64,000 nucleotides of DNA. Origin: Owenia fusiformis. Its lineage: Eukaryota. Each line of letters begins with the position of its first letter. Position 1 is the stretch's first letter. Shown piece by piece: positions 13,301 to 50,948 of this stretch. The position numbers and the translations under genes are program-made. The notes under the pieces were generated by a model. It was given only the letters and a program-made list of their open reading frames with translations, was not told where the DNA came from and did no database searches. Location of the stretch: NCBI GenBank assembly GCA_903813345.2, contig CAIIXF020000001.1, positions 1,736,001 to 1,800,000 of the forward strand, given 5' to 3'.

Positions 13301-16300
13301 AGGTATGGGCTTAGTAGGTCTATCAAATTAACATAGATCCTTTTGTAACATTAATACTGGGTAACTTGCATTCTAATTCCCTTTAAAAATACATGATTAC
13401 AAGTAAAGATATTTTTATTATCACTTATATGATAAAATAATTAAAATATTGCTTAAAATCACATCATTGTATTGTACTATATATGAGCATATGGCCCTAT
13501 AGGTATTGGAGTAGATGACGTTTTTGTGATAGTGCAGTCATGGACTAATCTCACAGAGAAAGAGAAGCTAAACACAAATGCAGAGAAAATAGGAATCATG
13601 TTGAAACATGCTGGAGTCGCCATTACAGTCACGTCAGTGACAGACATCGTTGCCTTTGCCATTGGAGCAACTACTGTAAGTATATCATACTAAGTACTTA
13701 TGATGGGATTTCTGTTTAGATGTTAATACAGTAAACAGGTTAAACCTGTATATCCTAACATCTTTTATCTAAATACCTCTCAATGTGAACACTTTTTGAT
13801 CATTTTTCATCTGCCATGACTTCTGTGTTAAAAAACTCAAAATATGAACACCTGGCCATTCTAACACTTTTACCTACTCCCAGTGGTGTTTTACTGTGTG
13901 TATTAGCCCTTCTTGAATGGTTCTATAAACTGTGTTTTTATAACTGAGTTGTTAAGTATGTAATATGGACACATTTTTATTTAGATATAATTAATGTTTA
14001 ATGGCCTGGCCTATATATTTGGTTTATATATTTGAATTGGATTACAGATTGATGTATCATATTCTATGTTTGTTTTGTAGGTCCTCCCATCTCTCAGGTC
14101 CTTCTGTCTGTTTGCTGCAATTGGTATTCTTGCCGTGTTCCTCCTGCAGGCAACATTCTTTGTTGCTTGTGTCACAATTGACCAGAGGCGTATGGCAGAT
14201 GGCAGGAATGCATGCTGTTGTTGTTACAAGCACAAGAAAGACTATGTACCAAATGCATGTAGTCAGAAACCAATTGTTGAGGGTTTATTCAAGAACTACT
14301 ATGCACCTTTTATGGTGAAGCTACCAGTTAAGGTAAGTGACGTTCCTTCAAAGGGATTCAGTCACACTTAAAGTCTTTACCATTGATATCTGCTGTTAAT
14401 TTAATGTTAATTGAATGCTACATCGCTGTGTGGAAAACATGATCATTTAGAGTATTTCATTTGCTGATTGTGATTTTAAAAGGAATATCAAGAGGTTAGG
14501 GCTAAAATAAATTTGTCTGATTTTGTTCATATATTACAGATTGTAACAGTGCTAGTTGGAGCAGGACTCCTAGCTATGGGAATCTATGGGTTCATCAACC
14601 TAAAGCAGGACTTTGACCAGGCGTGGTTCCTCCCCACTGACTCATATGCCTACAAGTATGTACAGAAAAGTGAGGCATATTTCCCAGGAGATGGAGTAGC
14701 TACTAATGTCTACATGGGTAGGTTTTATTTCACTAGTGTTCTGAAATATACAAGTACACTCTGCTCAAAAAATTGATAAACTATCATTTCTGATCTAAAG
14801 TGTCAGATCTGGGAATATAGCGATGTAAAACATTTTGATTCTCCTGAATCTACATTAAGTTATTTTGAAGTTTGCGTTTGTTTAAGATAACTGTTTTACT
14901 TTCCAATGGATACATTACTAGTATATAAAGCTTTACCAATCAAATATACTTGATACAAGAATTGAGTTCAAAACTAATATTCCAAAATTTTCATTTTCCT
15001 GATAATTCAGTCGCATATTACAAACCCAGTTCTCTTATATAGGTGAGGTGGACTACTTTGAGGAGAGGGAGAAGTTAGAGAAGCTTTTTAATGATGTCAG
15101 GAGTAATGAATACACATATGAGGGCACCCCTAAGTTCTGGTATACCTCTTACCTACAGTGGCTTAATACATCATCTAGTCCTGCAGTTACTTCCCAGATC
15201 AATACAAGTAAGTTATGGTATACTATTTATTATAAGTAGTACTTTTGGATCACCCCTCGTACACATCGGGACTCAAGAAGAGTTCTTGCCTTGCAGTAAC
15301 GTATAAGATGAGTGCAACATGTGATTTCAATATGGAAAATAACATGGCGATAATAACTGGTCGGTAAATAAGTTTACTCTAGTAGGTCTGCAATCCTTAA
15401 AATGAACCTTGATTTCAAGATGCACTAAATTGTAAAAATGAAAATCATGGATATATCAGTGATTTCAATTTGTGATTTAAATTTTATATATTTACTACTG
15501 TTGACATCAATGTTTTAAAGTGTGTTGCACGTTGTCAATTTCTTGAAAATATGGGTGACGATGTTAACATGTGTTTTATTTGTCTTTGTTTAGCCACTAA
15601 GTACCCCCTGGACAGGACATCATTTGGTAACCTGTTAAACATGTACTTGTACACAGACTCTACTGGCCAGACATTCATTAAGGATGTTAAGATCACCTCC
15701 AGCGCCCCCTATAATGTAACAGTAAGTATACAGTTTTTAAGGTGGGAAGAGTACATTTATTTTTAAAACATGGTGCAGAAGTGTTAATGAATCATAAATC
15801 TGTTGTCATACATGCCATCTTTTGTGACATGACATTTTTTTATTTCATTTATCCACTTATATATTACGTCATACAATAATGATATATTGCATAATATAAA
15901 ATGATATATTACAGTCCTCACGGTTGACCCTGAAGCACAAGAATTTAGCAGATGCCAAGACAGAGGTTGCTGCCATGGATGCTTTGAGGGGAATAGCAAA
16001 AGACACAGGTCTGCTGGACTGCATTGCATACACCAGGGAATACTCCAGTTATGAGTCAAATAAGGTTTGTTAATAGATTATATATATATATCGATCTAAC
16101 CTATTTTAATCAACTAAAATATTAAATATTCTACCTGTGAAATAAGATTTAACTGTCTTGGATATTGTATTTTGAATCTATTGTAATTTAGTTTTTTATA
16201 TTATACACTTTTGATGTTCATAGGGGCAGCATTTTCCGCATATCATTGGTCCATACCATGGATCAGACCATGATTGGTCATTGTATATGTTGTCTCTGTT

Positions 16301-18274
16301 CTCTAGGTGATCCAGGAAGAACTTTATCGTAACCTTGCTCTGGCTTTGGCTTGTGTGTTCATTATGACTCTGATCTTGATCGCCAATCTCTGGACCTGTC
16401 TCATGGTTGTCATATGTGTTACCATGGTACTGGTAAGTACATTATGTTTTTATAGAACAACTAAAGCACACCTTGTCTTAACTAAACAATCATATACCTT
16501 TTACAGAATTTTTTAATCAGTTAGGTTATTCAGTTAATGTTGAACATATTTGTTTTTTGTAAGTATATAAAGCCCTCTGCAATTTAAATCACAGTATTAC
16601 ATGGTTTTACATTTATACCCAAAATATGCCTATGTTGCCAACCTGTTCATGAGGGGTCTGTTAATAATTTGTTAATTATTGTCACACCAGGTTGATGTTG
16701 CTGGCACAATGTACTTCTGGGGCCTGACAGTGGACACAGTGACATCTATCCAGCTGATCTTGGCTATTGGTCTAGCTGTGGACTACTCTGCCCATATTGG
16801 CCACACCTTTATGACTGTGCGTGGGGACAGAAATGGTAAGTGTCTCCTATTTTTATAGAATACCTGCAAGCTTGCCCATATATATTTCACTGTGTACTGA
16901 GTGGATCGTCATATTAGATTCCAAATTTTCATTTTCAAAAAAATTACATTTATTTAAGGTATTAAAAATGAGGTTTTTCAATGTAATGTGCTGTTACCAA
17001 GAGGCCTAAAGGAAAGCTATGCCTTAATAAGTATTATTGTGTACTTTAGATTAGATTGTCAACATTGCTGAAAACAATGTCTTGCATTTTACTGAGTTAT
17101 GTGTTTGATTATAGAGCGTGTTATGCAGACCCTTAGTGATATTGGACCAGCTGTATTCTATGGAGGCTTTAGTACATTCCTTGCATTCCTGCTACTGGCC
17201 CTCTCAAACTCATATGTATTCACAGTATTCTTCAAGGTATGTATTTTTTATCAAAATATGATCACGAGATGTACATTTGCATGTACTGTACATGTACATG
17301 TAGAGATATATTCGACATTAAGAAATTACTACATGTACATTAACAGTAATTGACAAACACCCAATTACAGCTAAAAACATTAAATTACTGCATTCCTGAT
17401 TTACGGAATCATTTGGCAGAAATCAAACAGGACACTGACACTAAATGAGATTGGCATATTATTAGAATATGTGAAACATGTCTAAAATAATTATTAAAGC
17501 ATATACACAAAATTATACATTAGTATAGTCTTCAATAAAACCTATTTTCCCACTTGTGCTCCCTAAGGTAACAGACAATGTATTTTCTAGGTATTTCTAT
17601 TGGTCGTCTCCTATGGGCTGTTCCATGGTTTGGTGTTCCTCCCTGTGGTCCTAAGCTGGCTGGGTCCAGGACCTTATATAATCAACCATGGGGAAGTAGA
17701 CAATGTGGAAAAAGATGTAGAAAAGGATGGACAGGTAATACACTACATTTGTAGAAAGAAAATATTATATATAAATACTGTATTACTGTAGAAGAAAACT
17801 TTCAAACTTTACTATTTTATTTTTGAGATATAAAATTAATGTACCCGATTCCCAAAACCTGGTGTAACTTTGATTCAAGAATTATTAATTTCATACAACC
17901 ATTCTCTATTTCAGATTCTATCCAAAGAGCCAATGCCAGATTACGACATTCCACCTAAAGAACCAATGCCAGATTATAATAATCCACCAACAGAGCCCCT
18001 GCCTGACTATGAGAGTCCCCCACCATCCTACAAGAGCTCATCCAGCCTCCCTACATCATCAGATAAACATCAATTAGCTAATAATAGTAGACAGACATCA
18101 GCCAATCAGAGACAGGCTTCAGCAAGTAATCATAGCCATTCAGCCAATCAGAGACAATCTAGTGGACATTTAACCAATGAGAGACGATCAGCATTATCCA
18201 ATACAAGGGTGTTATCTGCAGCCTCACTCTCCAGGCAGAACACAGATAATCAGTTACCAAATGTTAGTGCATAA
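7339..18274 (+). CDS. Patched-domain / NPC1-like sterol-sensing-domain RND membrane protein (PTCHD3-like), ~993 aa, 19 coding exons
   Basis: Exons 7339-7442, 8017-8263, 8567-8649, 10992-11108, 11408-11552, 11954-12051, 12512-12632, 13179-13302, 13503-13675, 14081-14332, 14540-14717, 15043-15207, 15594-15721, 15915-16064, 16307-16432, 16691-16835, 17115-17236, 17591-17734, 17915-18274. All introns are GT-AG and the phases close (2982 nt). Motifs include ENLWVP, PFLLLGIGVDD, AGVAITVTSVTD, LAIGLAVDYSAHIG and GLFHGLVFLPVVLS. Confidence 0.92.
8737..10698 (+). mobile_element. Full-length mariner (DD34D) DNA transposon with ~190-bp TIRs in intron 3 of the Patched-domain gene
   Basis: TA flanks at 8735-36 and 10699-700. 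TIRs ~8737-8926 and ~10510-10698 are near identical (cagggtgatccagaagtaacgtcaaag...). Confidence 0.97.
9159..10394 (+). CDS. Mariner transposase, 2 exons (9159-9854, 10026-10394), ~354 aa
   Basis: N-terminal HTH domains, WVPHDL, ITSDES, HWDNAP and YSPDLAPSD, with 34 residues between the 2nd and 3rd catalytic D. A phase-0 GT-AG intron at 9855-10025 joins the two ORFs in frame. Confidence 0.92.
11078..11270 (+). repeat. Degenerate ~38-40-bp tandem repeat copying the end and 5' splice site of Patched-domain exon 4
   Basis: About 5 copies of atactcaagatcaacacagtcactcaaag|gtat, the first being the true exon end. Confidence 0.85.
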
Positions 18275-21250
18275 ATACTAGTTCAATCATGAGCCTGCAA
18301 TCCGAGCCAAAAGTATTATAGCTTTATTCAAATTATACATGACATCTGGAGAGAGGTCAGTCAAAGTAAAAGCCTCCAAATGTCACCCTGGGGGTTTGAG
18401 GAAGACTTGCCCTACAGAAATATCATGTTACAATGAGACACCCTTGAAGTGTATGTCACATGTTCAAAAACATTGGTGATATATCCTCATGGGAAATCAT
18501 TCATTATTTTGTGATACAGAGGATTCAAATTGTAAGGACAAACATCTGTACCATTAAATATAGCAAAACCTTTATATGTGAAACACCTTTCATAGCTCAA
18601 AATAGTGTTTCGCTTGCTAAAACAGATGTTCATTTAGGGAAAACAGGGACTTTGATAAGTGTTCCTTTTATGGAGGCGCCTCCACCTGCAGAGGTGTTCC
18701 ACTCTATTGGTTTTACTGTACTTACTATGCAATGCATAGTATTAGATCTGAAATTGTACATACCGGTAATATCTCACTGAATTGCTCGATCTGCTAGCTG
18801 CTGGTTGGCTTTCAGATCATCTTGCCACTGTGATGCCATTTACTCATTTTACAATATATTTTATTTATATTGAGTAGTGATTTTCACTTTTCTCAATCAT
18901 ACTTCGGATATTTTATTAAAAGATCTGAACATCACTTCTAGTTTTACACATTGTATAATATATTTTTAGTTTAATAAATATAATTCATGTTTTAATAAGT
19001 TCAACTCTTATTCTGAATGCTTACCTAGACACTGGACTTGTACCGAAACACAAAAACAAAGGGACATAGTGAAGCATCCCATTTAGGCATCTTGAAAGCC
19101 CATGATTAAGGCAACAACTCAAAACACTGGTTGACAGATCTGATATTGTGGGGAGGTATTTATTGAAAGAAAACTTCCTTATTACAATTGAAAAAGAAGT
19201 AAAATTCCCCGAAACAACTTATCTTAAAAGACCTCTTAATTTCAATTAAATTGAGTCATAACAAAAATGTATGTGGTCCCTAATATTATATAGCGAATCA
19301 GTTTTGTGCACATCTCCAAATGCAATTTACTTTTTGTAGCTTCCCCTGATTTTTGAAATACCAACTCTTCATGTACTGATGTGCATGTAGGTCATTAAAA
19401 TCTCTTTACACAATACTCAACAAAACATGTAGATTTCAATACAGTGATCATGCTTTATTAGTTCCATGCACAAGCATACAGGCCAACATGTTGAACAATA
19501 ACTTACAGGCTTAAATCTAAAATCTACAGCAGGTCTTAGCGCACATATATATATAATTATCTTATTCTAGAATTATTAGTTTAAAATCGTGACACTTTCA
19601 TTCTTCTTGCTCTCACACATTGAATAACAGAACAGAAAAGAAGACGTACAATGAACATGATTTGAAGATCATTACATTACATGAATGAACAAACATTTTA
19701 GATGAAGGATTGACCATTATACCTTGGGGATGTAAACTTCCTTCATAAATGCCAAGTAACCCAGAATCTATTGGTTCTTGTCTAATGAAATCTGATATTA
19801 AATTATTCTGCTCTGAGAAAATATTTCGTTGTCAATGGGACAAAGTTTATTCCCCCAAAATCTAATGGTCCATCCTTGTAACATAATGGTCTGTTTTTCA
19901 TATGTATCCTTAAATGAATTTTTGGTACATCCTGAATCATCAAACACAAATATAGTTGATTAATTATCAATTTTGATGAAAACTCTTAGTTTTAGTTGTA
20001 TTCATTCAAAATGCTGCATTCAAACATTTTTTGTATCAGTAACAAGATATCTCATGGAAATGAAGATTTGGACATCCAGATTCCTGAATCACACAAAACT
20101 GAAATGTTCGAATGCAATGAATGATAAGAAAACAGAACATAAACAAAGACGACGCTTTGGCTGTCTTTATAAGAACACAATGTTAATAGCTTGTACATTG
20201 TACAGCATATAACTAAAACATAAAATGAACTAAATAAAACATGAACCGATCACATATTAACATGAGAAAACTTGGAAGATGATGAGACGAGACAGTATTG
20301 CACACACATGATGAAATACATTACAAGTGTTTACTTGGTGTAATTGTGAACATTAAAATACTGCAAGTAATACAACTCAATTTATCCACATTATCTAGTA
20401 TTATATACACATATAGTATTTATAGTCTTAACGCATATGCTTTCTGGTAAAATATGGTCTCAGAATAAGGTAGGAAATTCACTATGTCATGGCAGCCAAT
20501 ATCGTGTGGATTTCTTTAGTCTGAAACTTCTATTGTACCAGATAACATATTCACAAGGACAGAAAATGCAGCTTAAAATAACATGACTGACATTTGATAT
20601 TTGTGTAAAAAATAATGGTATAACGTCCCTGATTTGAACCCCCCGCCCGCGGGTGAAAAAACATTGCATTCTTACAAAGAAAGCGCAAGAATTAACTTGT
20701 TTGGCTGGTTTAAATATAATATGTTTTCTTACTTAGAATTTGCTATTCTGAAAGACTTAAAAACAGTCATTGATATACAGTATTATGACAGTGAACTCAA
20801 GTATGTCCCAGAGAAACAGGAATCTAATTTTGTGTTTACATATCAGTCAATGATTCTGCTATGTACAGAATCTCCTTGGGTTGAAAATTGACAATTAGGT
20901 CCAAAAATCCTCATCTCTTTTAACAAAATGGTAGAAACTACAAAATTATGTGTGTGGACTGATTTCTTCACTATATAACACAATTATTTGTAAGTTTATT
21001 ACTATTACTAGTTAATTCCAATGCTGAAGTACAAATATCATTCAGAATTGAAATCAAAAACTGGTGACTTATTATGAATGCTTCCAGAAATGTACATACA
21101 TTTGTTGATCAATGACATTTTGTCAATTGTTTTAATTAGAATACAATATTAGGTATATTTAACATAAGCACCAGATACTTTTCGAATTTGACACTTTCAC
21201 CATTTCAAGTTTCTTAATCTTAGGCTACATCATTAAGTTGCAAATTAAAA

Positions 21251-21400
21251 CAAGGCATTAAAATGCACAGTGTCACCACCTGCCATTTGTAATGGATACC
21301 AATGCCAACTGCCATCACAAAAAGTGGAGACCATAACAATATGTCACCACGTTTTGTGGTGACATTACAATATGTCACAACTTTTGGTGGTGACATAATA
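21251..21400 (+). mobile_element. Short Helentron-type non-autonomous element (HINE-like), same family as 41329-42210 and 59455-59731
   Basis: 5' acaaggcattaa...gtcaccacc and 3' ggagaccataacaatatgtcacc...ggtgacataa hairpin ends shared with the other copies. Confidence 0.6.
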
Positions 21401-22489
21401 GAACATGAATTAAGAATAAACGCACTTGTTTAATTATTAAACTGTAAATGACATTTGATGGTAGGACCATATGTTTTAGAACCATGGATGTTTAATGAAA
21501 ACATCTCACCATATTCAGGTTCACATATATTATATTATCATGACATGCCATGTTACTATAGTAACTGCATAGATTCCTCAATTTCTTACTTATTCATGTG
21601 TTTGCACTAGCAGCTTTGTTGTCTTGCTAACTCTGTGAATTATTGTTTTTTAAATGTCTGAATGATTGGACATTCAACACCACATTCAACAATAAAACAT
21701 GCATAGAAGCATCATTATAATAGCTTCAGTACAGGAAACATCTTTGACATCATTTAGAAGACCAAATAAGCTAAAGATAAGTTATTCTGCAAATGATCAT
21801 TCTGATATACAATGTCTTAAATTATCAAAGCACTTGGAACAGCAAATTACATTTTTCTTTGCCTGCACAAAATTTTAACAATCAAAGTTTTGAATTACCA
21901 TTAATGTTGATTCAATAATTCAGTTTCCTTTAACTTTCCATGAATACTATTTACTACATTGATATTATTTAGGATATATATTTTATGTAAGATATGATCA
22001 GAGAATGTAGCAGAGGTCTATAATGTTACACCTATGCTATATTCCCGAGTCTAGGTTAGTCTTATCTACTATATGGGGTTAGTTATCTAACTACTTTTTC
22101 ATCAACTTTTGTTACTGCTGCTTTTTGAAATTTGAATTGAACATTAAAAAGTCCCTTTTGATGCCTCCCTTTGTGTTGTATTTTTGACATCCTGTGATTG
22201 ATCAGTTCCTTTAACTCCTCCCCTTGTTTGATTGACAGCCTGATTTGATGCTGGCTAGTAATCAAGGACAGTCATATGACTGCTTGTCCATTCTTGTTCA
22301 GTAAAAATCTCAAGATTTACATCGTGTGAGTCCATATCCAAGACAGTTTGATAGCTGTGACACCATCTTGTTCATTGTTCATGTCTTGTCCTTGGCACTT
22401 GTATTTATTTGGGAATAACATCCTCCCATTATATTAGTGTGGGCCTCCCGACCCTAATTGGTCTCACTGGTTCAAATTTAGCCTCCCCC

Positions 22490-23420
22490 TAGGTGTGAGA
22501 ATGTGGCCTACCTTTGGTGACCTAATGAGACCTCCCTCCCAAGGTGGCAATGTGGACTCCCTTTGGTGACCTAATGAGACCTCCCTTCCCAAGGTGGCAA
22601 TGTGGCCTGCCTTTGGTGACCTAATGAGACCTCCCTCCCAAGGTGGCAATGTGGCCTGCCTTTGGTGACCTAATGAGACCTCCCTCCCAAGGTGGCAATG
22701 TGGCCTGCCTTTGGTGACCTAATGAGACCTCCCTCCCAAGGTGGCAATGTGGCCTGCCTTTGGTGACCTAATGAGACCTCCCTCCCAAGGTGGCAATGTG
22801 GCCTACCTTTGGTGACCTAATGAGACCTCCCTTCCCAAGGTGGCAATGTGGCCTACCTTTGGTGACCTAATGAGACCTCCCTCCCAAGGTGGCAATGTGG
22901 CCTACCTTTGGTGACCTAATGAGACCTCCCTCCCAAGGTGGCAATGTGGCCTACCTTTGGTGACCTAATGAGACCTCCCCCTAGGTGTGGAAATGTGGCC
23001 TACCTTTGGTGACCTAATGAGACCTCCCTCCCAAGGTGGCAATGTAACCTACCTTTGGTGACCTAATGAGACCTCCCTCCCAAGGTGGCAATGTGGCCTA
23101 CCTTTGGTGACCTAATGAGACCTCCCTTCCCAAGGTGGCAATGTGAGCCTCCTTCCCAAGGTGGCAATGTGAGCCCCCTCCCAGGTAGGCAATATGAGCC
23201 CCCCTCCCAGGTAGGCGATGTGAGCCTCCTCCCAGGTAGGCAATGTTAGCCCCCCTCCCAGGTAGGCAATATGAGCCTCCCTCCCAGGTAGGCAATATGA
23301 GCCTCCCTCCCAGGTAGGCAATATGAGCCTCCCTCCCAGGTAGGCAATATGAGCCCCCCTCCCAGGTAGGCAATATGAGCCCCCCTCCCAGGTAGGCGAT
23401 GTGAGCCTCCCTCCCAGGTG
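22490..23420. repeat. Compound minisatellite: ~13 x 49-bp units, then ~11 x 26-bp units, in or near the transportin 3' UTR
   Basis: Units aatgtggcctacctttggtgacctaatgagacctccctcccaaggtggc (49 bp) and aatatgagcctccctcccaggtaggc (26 bp). Confidence 0.95.
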
Positions 23421-23699
23421 ACAGCATAACCCTTGGTCCCCAGCCTGAAATAAGAATAATACACAATTATATGCAATGGCTTAAAACTGCTCGGACATCA
23501 ATGCTTCCAATACCTGAAGTTTTTAGATTTTATTCATTTGATTCACAATATTTACATTATTTAACTCTAAATACACCATTTTCTGAAAAGATCTTTCATT
23601 TTCTTCTTTCTTATTACAATCACAATCCATTTAAAGAGAAACTAATAATGAAATATAGTTCAAGGAATATATTAAATGCTCCTCACCTCCCACCCAGGT

Positions 23700-47684
<23,985 letters not shown>

Positions 47685-47689
47685 GTTGA

Positions 47690-48135
47690 TTTCTACCGAT
47701 TTCCGGAAAATGACGATGATTTGAACTGAATGTATTTTTAATTAGCCAATTATTTTTGATCTAATTACAGTTGACAGTATCAGAATTATAATTGGACATC
47801 ATATTTTTATGATTAAGTGTGATTTTTAATGTTAAAATGGGGTAATTTTTATTCTATTTAATTCAGTTACGGAAACAACCGAGCTGAAATTATAAGATGG
47901 CGGCTGATTTGAAAATGATTCATCTGTGATAAAATGTCTATTAGGTGACATGATAGCACCGTATATATGGACTTAACCAACCAACCATCTATTTTTAGTC
48001 GTTACATACACCAGTTGAACATTTTCAATACTTCATACGATTTGTGACAAAAAGCTGCGTTCTATTACCCTTATATAAATGGTTTAACAACATGCAAAGA
48101 TTATAAACTACATCCTTATTTACGAACCGGAAGTA
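47690..48135. promoter_or_regulatory. Probable transportin promoter region
   Basis: Lies directly upstream of the ATG. Contains ETS-like ccggaa (~47703) and accggaagt (~48126) and a YY1 consensus aagatggcggc (~47894). Motif evidence only. Confidence 0.4.
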
Positions 48136-48168
48136 GGATTTGTGAATTTTTTATTTTGACAGCCACTG

Positions 48169-50383
48169 AGGGTCAATATAACCTACTTGAGATTTGTTTT
48201 GCTCATCGTATAGGAAAAGTAGTACTTAATACACTAGTTCGCTACTTTGTAGATGTATGGCACGTATATGTGTACATGTATTGGCAATTAAGGTTCAGCT
48301 GGAAAGTAACATTTTGGTAAAAAATTGCTATACCTGCACATGTTATTTTCTGGTACATAATTAAGTATGAAGGCATTCGTGTATTTCCTTGCTTTTTTCA
48401 GGAAAGTATCATTACACTGTCTACTTTTAGTAAACCTGGAAACAGGTCAATGGTAGCTCCTGTGTTGTCTGGATACTTTGAAAGAAAATTTGGAAAAACA
48501 GGAAGTATGAAATATCAGAATTCCCTGGAGTTCCCTTTGAACGCCTACCAGATATTCTAAAAGAAGACAATGTAATGATACTTTCCTGAAAAAAGCAAGG
48601 AAATTGATACATGTCTTCATACTCTATTTTGTACCAGAAAATAACATGTGCTGGTATAGCAATTTTTTACCAAAATGTTACTTTCCAGCTGTACCTTAAT
48701 GTTTGGTGATAGCTAGTAGGAGTGTCAGGGACCGCTGACAGATTATTATTTTGAACCAAAAAATTGAATTATATTTTTGGCGGTCTCAGTAAATCAATGG
48801 GGTAATCAGGTCCTACGTGCTTTTTACAGGCCCAGAAATCAATGCTCGCTTATAAATGTAGCAAAATCTTTTTTCGTTCGTGGGATATTTTTTTCACCAT
48901 ATAACCGAACGGGAAGTTTTTGAATAGGACTACATGATCTGAATGGATGTGAGGATTCGATGGGCTGGGATTTGAGAAATTATGATTTGAACTTTGCCAA
49001 TTTTACATGTATTCCAATGGGTGAAAAAGTAAGTTGCTTTCTACCTAATATCAACCACATTTATTAGTGAATTTCGAGAAATATGTCGAATTTAGCCATA
49101 TTTCACATATCTTTCTATGGAACCATTTAAAGTTTTGCAAATTAACCCCTAAAATTCTGGAGACGACAATCTAAATTTTGCTGAGTCAGCAATTTTCGTT
49201 TTTTCATTGAAAACAGTACTTTTCAGCCTAAATTGCTACATTTCTGCTCTCTTATCAAGTAATTTGATCCAGTTCTTGCCAAATTAAAGGAAACACACCC
49301 CAAACGTTCAACAGTGTGCGAAGTTCCAACATTTTGACCCTTTAAACCCACGAAAGACCCAATTTTAAAGGGACGTATTCAGTAAACCTGCACAAAAGAC
49401 AATGCTACTTGAACTAGCCATCAGAAGTTCATGAAAAACGAAAAATCAATGATGTTCAGTTTAGTAAAGTAGCAAATAGTCCTACTTATGAGAGAATATA
49501 AATCATTTAAGCAATTTGTACAACTTTAAACAGCTGTTTTAAGTAGATTAGTATCGTTATGGGCAAAAATCCCCCAAAATAGCCCAAAATTTGTCCAAAA
49601 ATTCAAAATTTTCATGCTCAAGGCTGAATTATTTTGCCTATTTTGCTACATTTATCAGTGCAGTGACAAGAAGTCTTGTGGATAGCGCAACTTTTCCTGA
49701 ACGTTTCTCTAATAAGATATTTTAATGACAAAATAACTACATTTAGTCTGGTATAAATTGTCACAAAATATAATGACCCCAGGGGTCAAGAGAACCCTAT
49801 AAAATCAAAAGTGCTGAGGGGATTTGAGCAAAAATGTACATATCACTTCATAAAACCCCGAACTTTAAAATTCATATTGAATAAAATGCATATTCAGTCA
49901 ACCATGACACTAATAGGGTCAATATAACCTACTTGAGATTTGTTTTGCTCATCGTATAGGAAAAGTAGTACTTAATACACTAGTTCGCTACTTTGTAGAT
50001 GTATGGCACGTATATGTGTACATGTATTGGCAATTAATGTTTGGTGATAGCTAGTAGGAGTGTCAGGGACCGCTGACAGATTATTATTTTGAACCAAAAA
50101 ATTGAATTATATTTTTGGCGGTCTCAGTAAATCAATGGGGTAATCAGGTCCTACGTGCTTTTTACAGGCCCAGAAATCAATGCTCGCTTATAAATGTAGC
50201 AAAATCTTTTTTGTTCGTGGGATATTTTTTTCACCATATAACCGAACGGGAAGTTTTTGAATAGGACTACATGATCTGAATGGATGTGAGGATTCGATGG
50301 GCTGGGATTTGAGAAATTATGATTTGAACTTTGCCAATTTTACATGTATTCCAATGGGTGAAAAAGTAAGTTGCTTTCTACCT
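48169..50383. repeat. Pair of near-identical ~470-bp direct repeats (48169-49046 with an insertion; 49915-50383) separated by ~870 bp
   Basis: Both begin agggtcaatataacctacttgag and end aagttgctttctacct. Confidence 0.93.
48292..48695. mobile_element. Palindromic TTAA-inserting MITE (Kolobok-like termini) with ~130-bp TIRs
   Basis: TTAA-ggttcagctggaaagtaacattttgg ... ccaaaatgttactttccagctgtacc-TTAA. The empty site (single TTAA, 50034-37) is visible in the second direct repeat. Confidence 0.93.
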
Positions 50384-50679
50384 GAGTCAGTTGCAGCCAC
50401 AGATCCGGAGCCAGATCCAGCCCCTGTTGGTAGTAGGCTCAAAGGATAAATGGGAAGATGAGACACGAGCCAAAAATGGCACATCAAAAAAATGACCACC
50501 CAAAAATATGACCCTCGTACTGACCGTTATTTTTTCCATCTGTCAGACATTGATTGATCAATATTTACCCTGTAATCTCTTCTTTATGTATTAGTTTGAA
50601 TGGTTGCATGATATCCATTATTGACGCTGTAATTCGACTTTTCCCGGGACATTTATTTCAAATTTTTAGAGCGTAAAGA

Positions 50680-50948
50680 TAATGGAGCACTTCAGTAATT
50701 TCCGGCAGTGTCCGATGTTGTTCGTCTCTCAAATTACGTCACATCGCAACAAACAGCCAATGAAAGTAAAGAATCGCGTAGCCTAATAAACCGTCGTTAT
50801 TGTTTCTACGGGAGTTTAAAGAAACGTCATGGGACTTCTCGGTAATCTCTGATGTGACGTCATCCGGAGTGGCGTCACATTCTCAGAAAAGGCATTTGAC
50901 TTCGGGAATAATCATTTGAACAACGGAGATAGCCGAAGTGCTCCATTA
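50680..50948. mobile_element. MITE-like inverted-repeat element upstream of FBXW9
   Basis: taatggagcacttc ... gaagtgctccatta, with an outer gagcgta/tacgctc pair. Confidence 0.55.

Noticed and set aside
22490-23420. CRISPR-like regular repeats (also 27163-27556 and 59959-60285)
   Set aside because: The units are head-to-tail with no unique spacers, there are no cas genes, and the context is eukaryotic.
48169-50383. LTR retrotransposon or TRIM interpretation of the direct repeats
   Set aside because: No TG...CA termini, and no evident PBS, PPT or TSD.
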